Origin: Paraspadella gotoi
Lineage: Eukaryota > Animalia > Chaetognatha
Length of the DNA: 64,000 nt
Direction of reading: 5' to 3'
NCBI GenBank assembly: GCA_051294375.1
Contig: CM119265.1
Location: 10,681,042-10,745,041, forward strand
Both the position numbers and the translations under genes were made by a program. Positions 46,601 to 58,600 of the stretch are shown here, one piece after another. The notes below the pieces were generated by a model. The model worked only from the letters and a program-made list of their open reading frames with translations, was not told where the DNA came from and did no database searches. Each line of letters begins with the position of its first letter. Within the stretch, counting starts at the first letter, position 1.

Positions 46601-49600
46601 TTTTCAAAAAATATTTTAAAAAAATTGACGCTGAAGAAGGCTTGCAACTAAAGCCGAAACATGTCCGTTTTTTCTATAAAAAATAAAAAAATTCGTTATA
46701 AAACAAAAACCATTTTGCCTCAAAAAAATATTTTAAAAAAATATTTTAAAAATATTTTAAAAATATTTAAAAAAAAAATATTTTAAAAAAATATTTAAAA
46801 AAAATATATTTTAAAAAAATATTTTTATAATTAATATATAATAAAAAAATATTTTTAACTGAATGGGATTTTTCTGAAAAATTCAGGCCCAGGATCTCAC
46901 TGTGCGCCGGTTCTAAAGCTTAGTACTACGCATAGTACTAATCTTTGTTGGATCAAAACGAGCTCGATTTTAAAGGAAAGTTGATCGGTTTGAAGAGCGA
47001 TTTTTGCGATTGCTTTTTGGCGATTACTTTTGAACGGATTGTCGGATTATGATGAAATTATGCATGTAGATAATTTTTGCAATTGTCTATCGAACGCTAC
47101 CAAATTTGATATAAAACAATAAGTTGTTTAGAAACGATGCTCATCCCCATATTACTTAAAACGTACGTCATTTTTTTTGTTTTACGATAACGAATCAGTG
47201 CAACTTGACCGACGTGGAGTTTCTCTACATCGACCTCTACCTACTGACGGTTCTCTCAATCTTCTACGGCTACACGCCCGCCTATTCCTCGCTGGCACCG
47301 ATTCCTCCGACGTCTTCGTTGATAAGCGCCAAGCCAATTCTCAGCCTCTTGGCTCAAGTCTCCGTCGCTCTATGCTTTCAGGTGGGTGGTGCGGGGTTTG
47401 GGTTGCAAGGCGAAAAATTAATGCTATACATTAATACTATACCCATGTAATACAGTATCTAAATTCATTTGGATAATGCGGTATAGGGCGAATTAAATAT
47501 GATGCTTAACTGTACTTGTAACCAAAATTATATCATTCTCGACCCATTATTAAATATACAATGGTATCAAGAACGTATACTTTTTCATACCGGCTACTCA
47601 TCTTTGGAAGGGTCCTAAGGAAGGTATACTTCATAAATGAAGAGCTGACAAAATCTAAACATGAAGTAAAATGTCCAATCAAATAATTGATAAAACTAAA
47701 TTTTTCAGATATCTCATTAAGTACAAACTATCGAAGGAAATAATAATTTTTCCTATGGGGGTAAATTATATATTACATATATATATATATATATTATATA
47801 ATTGTGGCGGTATATTCTCACCGCCTCACATCTATCATCGTTCAGCCAATCCCATTGGCTCAGAGGGGGAACGCACCTAACGACTTCCCTCTGCGTTGGC
47901 AAAGCGAGACCGTCCTAGGGTAACCGCGCCAGTGAATGGAGGCGTCACTGAGGGTCGGAAGCCCCCAAAGTCAACAGTGAGATGCTCCATTCGAATGGGC
48001 ATCATAGGCAACCCGCCTGTTGCCATAATATCGTATTAGTTTTAATGTAAAAGACTAGGGGACGGAACGAGAACAGTAGAATGGGGTGTTGAAATAATTT
48101 ATCATTACAACTAGCTCATGAAAAAGAAGTTATAAAAAAAAGGAAAGGAAGAAAAATCGCCACAAAGCGTCAAAGGTATTGCGTCAAACAAATATTATTA
48201 GATGCAACATTCAATGTCGTCATCCTCGTCCTCGCTCTACCTTTTTTTATCAATGACGTCATATGCTGACGTTTATTGGTGTCGTCATTGGTTGGCGTCA
48301 TGCAGTGACCAAATCAATTTGACATCGCTCGATGACGTATTACCTCGTTTCTTGTGCTCTGTACAAGTTTAGCGGAGTAACGGCGGCAATGGCAAGATCG
48401 TTGTGCTATATTAACTTAGTCTTTCAATTTTTTTTGTAGTTGTCGTTGACGTTTTGCAGTCACGTTGCTCGAGAGGCTAATCGTAATTTATCTTCGTTAC
48501 TCTTTGAATCCCCCCGTAAATTAAAATCAATTGCTCTCTTTCCGTTATCGTGCGAGCAGGAACTTCACTTCGATTCTCGAAAGCCATTATGTGTGTTATT
48601 TTCTCTGCAGACTGGAGCCGCAAGCCGAAAGAGAAAAAAAACTCTTCAGCCTGTGGATAACGATATTCGATGAAGCGGAGAGAGAAAAAAAGCCCCGAGA
48701 ATCTAGATATCGACATAATATTGAGAGATAACTGGAGAGTCGAGGAGTCGAGTGCGGCAACCAAAAAATCTTTTTGTGCACGCCACGCCCCTTTTTTATC
48801 GTCGCAATCACTTTGCGTTTGCGACGATTTTGCTCTGGTTTTGCACATAAGTGGCGTCGTCGTTGATGATTAAATTTGGGTGTATGAAGCTTAAAATTTA
48901 TATAGAGCTTCTCATCATCGCTGATTCATCGGGAAAAAAATGAGTCTGCAGCTGGCTCTGCAGGGGCTCTTTCTTTTTCTCTCTTTTCACCTGCTGCTTC
49001 TGCTGCTGCCTTTTGATTTCTTTCTTTTTTTCTGGCTGCCTCTACTGCTGCCGCTGCTGATTCGTCCGAAAACGATTTGGCTTCTCTCTCTCTCTCTTTT
49101 TTTCTTTCTTTCTCTTTTTTTTTTCTCAGGGGCTGCGTCTGCTGATCAGTTTATTTGACAATGAAAAAGTTTTTTATCGTCGCAATCGCTAAGCGTTTGC
49201 GACGATATTGTAACGCGTTGTCGTCGTCGTCGTTGTTGTCGGCGTTTCAAATTATAGATCGCCAAAACATACCCGATTATTAAATGATCGTGGTATATCA
49301 CAAATAAAAACTTATTTTGTAAATATCTATCAAAAGCAATGAAAAAAAATATTATAATAATTTTTTTTTTTAAAATTAAAATTTACCATGAAAGCTTTAA
49401 AAACCGGTTTTTAAATCATTGTTCTACGTCTTAAATTTTTTTCCGAAGGAGTAATAGCAAACGAACTATTTTTTTCCTCTTTTTTCTTCTTTTTCCCATA
49501 AGCCTCCAGACGAATTCAACTCCAGGATCGCCCAGAACATTTAATAACTGTCCTGACTCAATTTTAAGACATCCGATGATGAGAAGCTGTATATAAATTT

Positions 49601-52600
49601 TCGAAGCTCATACACCAAATTTAATCATCAAAAGCGATCTATAATTTGGAACGCCACAACAACGATGACGAAAACACGACGCCACTTATGTCAAAACCAC
49701 AGCATATCGTCGCAAACGCAAAGCGATTGCGACCAGAGATGTGGACGCGATCCGGGATAAGCGTAAGCGAACACTGTGGAAGTGGCCGATTTTTTGAAGA
49801 ACCCGAAACCGGAGCGATATGAAAAATTAGAATAAAGGAATTGAACCCGGAAGCTATAATAACCCTGCGTGTCGCTTCCTGGTCATTTGTTTTTATTGGT
49901 TAGAAATGAAAGGTATTTAATGTATTAAAATCTTTACAACCCCTTTGCTCTTTCTTGATTTTTCTTTTAAAAATTTGTTTTTAATATTTATTTTCAACAT
50001 TTAAAAAATGTTGTTCCTAATTTTTTTATTCCACTTTTTCTTATTCTCTTCTTTTATTACTTTGTTTTCTTTTATTCTCTTTCCTCTTGGTCGAAATCTA
50101 TGAAAAAAATTACATATTTATTTTTTTAATTATTTTTTCTAATATATCAAATAAACTCTGAGCTGAAAAAAGATTTTTTCTATCTGAAAAAAACTGTAAT
50201 TAAGTTAAATTAAAATTTAAATTAAACTTTTTTAATTCTATAAAACTAAAAATTATTATCTTATATTTTTATTATTTTCTTTAAATTTAAGTCTCTTAAA
50301 TTTTAACATACTCTCTCTCTCTATCTTCTTTCTTTTTTCCCCTCTTGCACTGAACAAAAAAGCAATAAAAAAAAATATATAAAATAAATAAATCAAAATT
50401 ATTAATAAACAAGTTTGAGCAAACAATGCCGGATCTGCCCACGATCATAGCGGTAATTAATTGATTAATAAATTGAAAAAAAATAAATTAATTTAATTAA
50501 TTACATATTAATTAATTAAAATAATAACATCGAACATTTGGGAGCTCAAATGATTTGAACAAAGACGACAAAGACGATGAATACAATGACGAAACGACGA
50601 CAAGTCTTTGTACTTTGTGAGCCGTAGTACAGTAGTGGTCAATAAGAATGACCTGTTTTTACCCAATCTTGTTATGGGTTCCGCGTACAAACGTTTGCAT
50701 TTAGGAAAAAAACGACTCTTTCCACTATTGTTCAGTTGTTACTCTACAATGTTGATTAACTTTGTACACAACACAAATTAGGCCGAACGAAGGATTGGTT
50801 AAAAACATTCTTCCACCCATTTCTAATGAATAAAAATAGTACCATTTTGGCAATTTTTAGCCAAAAAAATTATGTCCCATTTTTGTCCATTTTTACTTTC
50901 GACTTCTGATTTGAATGCCAAGGAAAGTTGAGAAAAAATTTTTTACTTTGGAAATCCGTTCTTTTCTTATCTTCTTTACCTCGGGTAAAATTTATTAGCT
51001 TACAATCGCTTTAGTTTGCCTATAAATTAAATTTTAAAGTTAACAAGTCAAATCAAGTTGGAGTTTCAGTCTTTATCATAATTTGTTAACAAAAATAAAT
51101 CAAATTGGTTGAAAATTTAACAGAAAATGTAGCCTATTGAATAAGCTTTTAACACCTATAAAATTATCAAAAAAACTTTTCTGGTTTAGCCACAAATAAT
51201 TTTTAAAGACGTCTTTTAATTTGTGACTTTTTGTGACTTGCATTTATTTTGATAAAGAGATATTTTCAACTCATTTATTAGTTTTAAAAGATGAGGTAAC
51301 AAGCTGACCTGATTAATAAAAAAAAACCGCATCCTTTTAATCCACTGGAAAGCATCAGGACTTGTTTTTTCTCAAAATCGACAGATTTTGCGGAAAAATT
51401 TTCCGCAAAATCTGTCGATTTACTAAATTTGCTAGGCAACCAAAATTGAAAGAAAAATCATTGCGCTACCATTCATTTTCTTTCTTATAATTAGCGGTAG
51501 CCGACGCAAATTCAAATTTTAATGGAACAGCATTAAACTAATGCCATTATTGGTATTAATTATTGTGTTAAATATTTTTTTTTGCAAAAATGTTCCAAAC
51601 CATGAGTAATTCGCTAATTAATATTATTATATTGCTATATAATGTCAAAAAATTTTTTTTGTATATTTTAAGTTTTTTTTAATTGATTCTGATAGAGCTT
51701 AAAAGTTTGAAGCAAAAAATATAATTTACACTTTTTAAAATTTTGGATGTTTTATTACTAAAAAATTAGTAAAACTGCTAAATCATTCGATGATGATTGA
51801 TGATTGATGATTCTTTTAAGGTTTTTCTCAATTTAAAACCCACTTATCATCAAAATATTGAAAAAAGAATTATACTCTTGTGTAGATAACTTTTCATAAG
51901 CTATTTGAATCTGCTTTTAAAAATAAAAAATTCAAAAAAATTTTTTGACCATTTCCTATCTATAAATAAAATTATTAAAAATTAATTACTAATGCTTCGC
52001 TTGCCATTTTAGAAAATTTTGCTCCATTGAAAGTTTTCTGCAGAAATGGTATAGAAGTTTCATTTGGAAGGTTCCCAAATCCAACTTCTGACCACCCCAT
52101 TGACGAAGTTTTGGCTCTATTTATAATGCTTATTAAAGAATTTCTTTGATTTGGCTCAATGTAAAGTAGTGAGAGTGAGGACGAAAGGGAAAAACTATAA
52201 AGAGAAGGGGAGAGGAAGTAAAGCGAGGGTGAAAGGCAAAACGAAGGCGGAAAAATAGTGAGACAATTGTAGTAAGGCCCCCAAAGAGGGGAAATGGAAG
52301 GAAAAAGAGGGGAAAAAAAGGGAAAGATGATAAATGAGAAAAAAAGGTGAGGAAAGTGCATTGATGACACGAAGGTAGGGGCCAAACAAATATTTATGGT
52401 GTGTACATGACGTGAGAAGTAAGGGAGGAAGAAGAGGAAGAGGATAATATCACTATAGAGGAGTGAGTCAAAGAAGAATACAGAAAGCGATAGAGATAAT
52501 GGCGCCTAAAATCTTTTATCAGTAAAGACATGAGGATTCTTTTAGGAATTCGATCTTTAAAAAAATCATCTGTACCATAAAAATTCAAGCATACTTTTTT

Positions 52601-55600
52601 TTAAAATTAAGCAGTTAATGCGATTAGATTGACTAGCTCATTGACTGATTTTAATCATGAAATTTACATGGGAAGTTCTAAGTGATAAGAAAAGGAGATA
52701 ACTTGAGACTAGTTTTTTTAAATGAAGAAGCTTCGTACTAACCAATGGATCAAGAATATGTATTATTGAGTTCAGATTTCCGTTGTCTAAAAGACACCGA
52801 TTGAATGCGAAACCTATGGCTGACCTTTTTCTCAGCCAATGTAAATACTAGTTATTTTTATTAATTTTATCTTTTTTAACTGTTTGATAATACCAGGTTG
52901 TTTTTATCACAAAAAACACGCCACAATTTTTCTATAATTTTGTTTTGAGTCACCGCAAACATTATAAAATATTTTAATTAATTAATTTAGAGAAAGCAAG
53001 AATTTGAATGTTGATACAACGTTTTTGATTAATAGTTGGACATGTTTCGGCTTGTTACTTCAAGCCTTCATCCGCATATGACATTCAATAATAAATTTGT
53101 GTAAAAGAAGAGTGTGAGAGAGAGAGAGAAAGAGAGAGAGGGTAAAAGTTTTTCCAACAAAGTGGTGAGACAGAATAGTGTCAGATTGAGGACAGGTTGA
53201 AAGTAAGGGCAGATTGAGTGAGTTGTGAAAAGAAGTGAAATTTGTTTAATAGAGAGAGAGAGAGAGAGAAGCAAAACAACAGGGCTAAATAAATAATAAA
53301 GATACATTTTGCATGTACAACAAAGATAAAGGAGTTTCATTATTAAATAATTAATGATGGCAACCACACAATGATAATATCGACGATGACAAATTGTTGA
53401 TTGGATTTATTTTTTGATTGATTGATTGAATTATTTATTAATTGATGAATAATTAATCTACTGATCAGTTCTGGCATTGTTAGATCAAACTTGTTTGTTT
53501 TTTTGTCTTTTCATTATGACAAAAGAAAATGATTACCTGATGAGATTATGATGACAACTGAGGATAGCACCATCATGATTAAGTGATATGATTGTATGAT
53601 CAAATAAAATAATTCTAATTATAGGACCTGTTAATTTTAGGTCTTTTTGTCAGGTCACTGACCGAGGACAAAAGCAACAATGACGTTGGAGATGACAAAT
53701 GATAACACTGACATTGTTTAAATTGATGAACATAATAAAATATGATGTAATTAATTAAATATTGGTTCGTTAGTTTGTTTTTTTTCATTTTAACTCATTT
53801 AACTTAACTCGGACTGGAGGTCTAACTAAAAACTTTGTAAACCGTCAGATGCGTTACGCAGGCGACTGTATAGCATAGTAAGATTACCAGCCGCTAGTTT
53901 GGTTAAACTATGGTTTTTGTAAGGCAAAAGTATTTGTTTAAAACATCTAGTGACTACTATAATTGTAGTCACCTGTTAGAAGGAATGAGTAATTTATAAT
54001 ATAACAAATATAAAATTCTACAGAGTAGCGAGTGTGGACACCCGGTCGGAAACGATAAGCGATACGGCTAAAAAAGTTAAAAGGGTCATTGCAGGACCCG
54101 ACTAAGCGAAAAGCGGGAGGAGTTCAACGTATTAGGATTCACAATATAATGTGCCAGCGCGGAAGTCTGAGCAGGCGCGGTAAATACGTCGCACTTGCAA
54201 TTGCAGAACTTTACGTAAAATGCTTGTGTTACGAGCGAGCTGGAGGTGTTAGGTTCGATCGGTTGGCAAATGCGCTTGTATAGGAACGCGATGTAGAAAA
54301 ATCTTAATTATAGCATAAGGATGCGTCGCGATTATCGACATATCTTAAAGAGGCATTCGTTGTTATCGATGAATCCTTAATTGATAAACTAAAAAATATT
54401 AAATGTTAAGCGAAAAAATATAGTAGAGTACGGCTAGGAGAAATATATAAAAGTGACAGTTTTCTTCTGAAAAAGAAATTCGATTAGAAAAAATACTGAT
54501 TTGCGAACGCAGGTCGCGCTAATGCAAAAAAAAACGGAAATAAAAAACCCGATGCATGCGCGAGTAGCAAATTGATAAACATGCAACGATGCCCGATATC
54601 CTAAATTTTTAACGTTATTCTAATGCTAATAATTTTTTTTAATAAAACGCAGAGTGAAGAATGAGGTGAGAGCAAGAAGAGATTAGCTGAAGTCTAACAC
54701 AGACGTATGGGACCTGAGCTAGAAAGCAGGCAGATGAAAAGAAAAGAGCACTAACAAGTAATTTCGCGTACGCCAGAAAGACCTGCTGCACGACAGCTGC
54801 AGGCTCGTTTTTTGCAGCTCTATGATATAGTGTCAGTGTACTCAAAGTGCGTGCTAGGAGAACCACTAAGGAGAGGGAGATCCAGACTTGTGTGAGACTT
54901 TGAAAAAAGCATAGGAGAGAGAAAAGAATTTATGAAATAAGAAGAGAGAAAATTTTATTTGTTTTGATAAAACATAAACATAGTATTAATACTTGTCCAA
55001 GAACTCAAGTTTTAAGCACAGTCGATATTGATGAGGAGCTGTATATATAATTTTCAGACTTCATACACCCCAAGATTATGCATAAACAAGGCGACTACTA
55101 AATTTGAAAACGCTGCCAAGAAAACAACGAACGACACGACAAGCGCTTTACACATATCGTCGCAACAGCGCTTGAGCGTTGCGAGATAAAAAACTTTTCT
55201 CATGTCAAATAAACTGGATGCAAGGCGGCAGACTGGCAGGCTGCTCCTGAGAAAAAAAAGAAGATAAGAAGAGAAGAAAAGTAAGGAGAGAGAGTGAAGC
55301 CGTAAATCGTTTTCCGAGACCGATCAGCAGCATCGGCAGCATTGTACGAGGCAAGCCAGAAAAAGAAAAGAAATCAAAGAGCGGCGCGCAGATACAGCAA
55401 GGTGAAAGAGAGAAGAAAGAAAGAGCCCTGCAGAGCAGCTGCAGACTCTTTTTTTCCCGTGAATCAGCGATGATGAAGAGCGTCTATATAAATTTTAAGC
55501 TTCATACACCCAATTTGAATTCAATACAACGGACGGGGAGCCCGGCACTTATGTGCAAAAGCACGAGCAAAAATCGTCGGCAAACCGCTAAAGTTGATTG

Positions 55601-58600
55601 CGAACGATAAAAAGTGGGCGGTAGGCTGTGCACAAAAGATTTTTTGGTTGCAGGGCACACGACTCCTCGATCTCCAGTTATCTCGTCAAGTATTAGTCGA
55701 TCATCATAGATCTCGGGCTTTTTTTCTCTCTCGACGCTTGCATGCGCGAAGAATGGCTGGATCCGCACAGGCCTGAAGAGTTTTTTTTTCATCTTTTGGG
55801 GGCCTTGCAGGCTGCCAGTCTGCGTAAGAAATAATAACACAATAATGGCTTTTCGACGAATCGAGTCCAAGTCTTCCTGCTCAGCGAATAGGTAGAAGCA
55901 GAGCAATTTGATTTTAATATTTACAGGGGGAAGCATGTCACAAGAGAGTTAACGGAAAGATTAAATTACGATTGCAGCCTCATCCGATGCAACGTGAACT
56001 GCAAAATCGGTTCAACCCGATAATACAACTACATAAAAAAATGTGAAAGACTAAGTTAATATAGCACGTTAACGATTCTTGTGCATTAGCCGCCGTTAAC
56101 TAGAAGATACCAGAGTAACTGCGCCTGCTGATACTTGTACAGAGCAAAGAAACGAGGCTAGATACGTTCATCGGAGCGAGAATGGCGTAAGATTTGATTA
56201 TGGTACTGCATGACGCCAACCAAAATGAGACCACGCAATAATACGTACAGCATAAGCTAGAACGGATACATATGATAAATAAAAGGTAGAGCGAGGACGA
56301 GGAATGCACAGCTATTTGGAATGTGTTGCGTACTAATAATCGATTTTGAGTTTGAAGCAATAACGACAGTTTGACCGACAGTCAGGAATTTGATCGAGAT
56401 CATTAGGAGGTGACGGGCGTCAGAGTTTATGATAGGTATTCTTCCCTTTTCCGTTCTTTTGGTTAGACTTCTTTTTTTTCATGAGTCATAGTTGTAATAG
56501 CTAAATTATTCGGCTCCACGAACGCTACCAGTCACCACACCCAAGTTGACGCTAATCCAGCAGTCTAGTTCTCGTTCAGCGAGGAGGGAATCTCCTAAGT
56601 CTTTTACAATTAAAAAGACTCATAGCGAATCAAGTTAGTGGCAACACTAGGCGCGTTGCCTATGATGCCCATTCGATGGAGCATTCTTCCAACTGGTTTG
56701 ACTTGGGGGCCTTCGCGACCTCAGTGAAACGCCAATCCATACACTGGCGGGTTACCACTAGGACGGTCTCGGCTTTTGGCCAACGGCACAGAGGGAAGAC
56801 ATCGTTAGGGTGCGTTCGCCCCTCCTGAGCCATATGGCGGAGTTGAGGCGCTGAGCGCTGATAGATAGTGAAGGGCGGTGAATATAGATCGCCACAAGAT
56901 TATTAGATTGATACGTATATAGTGCTGTAATATTAGTATTTAACCCGCATGACCGGAAAGCAGAATTTATTATTTCCTTCGATAGTTTTTGTCTCTTAAT
57001 AAGATAATTCGAGAATTGTTAGTTTTTTAGGTACTTATTTGTGATTGGAACAATTTATACTGTCATGTTGTAGATTTTGTCTAAGCTAGCTTATCATTTA
57101 TGGAAGTATACGTTTCGCTTAGGACCCGTTTCGCAAGATAAAGTAGCGCCGCGTGATGCATAGGAAAAAGGCAGTACGTTAAAGATTACCGTAATCTTCG
57201 GAATACGGCATATTGAGGTATAGTTGTAATAATGGAGTCGAGAAGGTAAGACGGAGATGATAACTTTTTGGCTTAGCACAAATGTAATCAGGTATGAGGC
57301 GCCAGTACTATTTAGAATCGCTCGCCACTATACGCATTATAGCCGAAATGAATTTAGATACTGTATACAATGGGACAGAATGTAATGATCAAGCGTATTA
57401 TGGTAGTAGGCATTAATTATTTCGGCCCTTAAGCAACCCAACCCCGCGACCACCTCACACGTTGAGGAAGAGCATAGGAGCGAACGTGGGAGACTAGTTG
57501 AGGCCAAAAGGAGGCTGAGGTCGATAATTGGCTTCGGCGCTTATCAAACGATAGAGACGTCGGATGGAAATCCACAGGCTGGTGCCGGAGCGTAGGATAG
57601 GGCGGGCGTGTAGCACGTAGAAGTTATTGAGAGAACCGTCAGTAGGTAGACTGGCTTCTAGATGATTAGAGAAAGCCTCCCAACCGCGTGCGGGTTCAGG
57701 ATCTTTGCACTGATTTCAGATTATCTTCATGTAAACAGAAAAAAACATGGACGTACGTTTTAAGTAATAGTTGGCGGCAAGGCTCGCCAACCAAGTAAGG
57801 TACAAATATAGAATTATTATTGAATACTGCTGACATTATTGTTCGGANNNNNNNNNNNNNNNNNNNNNNNNNGTTCTTGTTTTTTGAACCTTCATCAACC
57901 AGTTTTAATAGTATTAATAAATATTTGGATACTAACTTTAAGAGATAGAGAGAGAGGCAATTTTAACCTTGTTATCTCTTACTCTCTCCGAATTATTAAA
58001 TGACCATTGTAATCATAAATAAAAACTTTGTTACTTTATAAATATTATTATTATATTTGTTATAAATTTATTAATATTTAAATATTATTTTTTAAAATGT
58101 TAAATTATTGTATACTTAGCCAAAACTTAATTTTATATTTAACTCTAATTTACCCTTAACTTACCTCTAACCCAAACTTACCTCTACCCCTAACTTACCC
58201 TTAACCTTAATTTACCCCTAACCGTAACTTACCCCTAACCTTAACTTACCCCTAACTTAACCTTAATTTATTTTTCTAGTTAATTTACATTTTTAATTTA
58301 TTCTTAACCATAATTTATTTTAACCTTAATTTTTACCCAAATATATATTGGTTGTACCAATTTCATATAACAAAAATAAAAAATATTTAAAAAAAATTAT
58401 GATATCTTAATTCCTTTATTTTTTTTCCCCGAAACGTTATCCTCTTCCGTTCCATTTCGCTCTTTTTTTTTACGTTAATTCTTTAAGAAAAACCTTGCTC
58501 TTCGTTTTCCCAAAGGCCTCCAGAGGGCATTGATCTCCAGGAATGCCATGTTTTGTTTATGTTTTATCAAAACAAACAAATTATTATTTTATTTTTATAT

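Noticed and set aside
57460-57720. ATP13A pseudogene exon
   Set aside because: The divergence is insertion-dominated, as in raw reads, rather than substitution-dominated; treated as a probable artefact.
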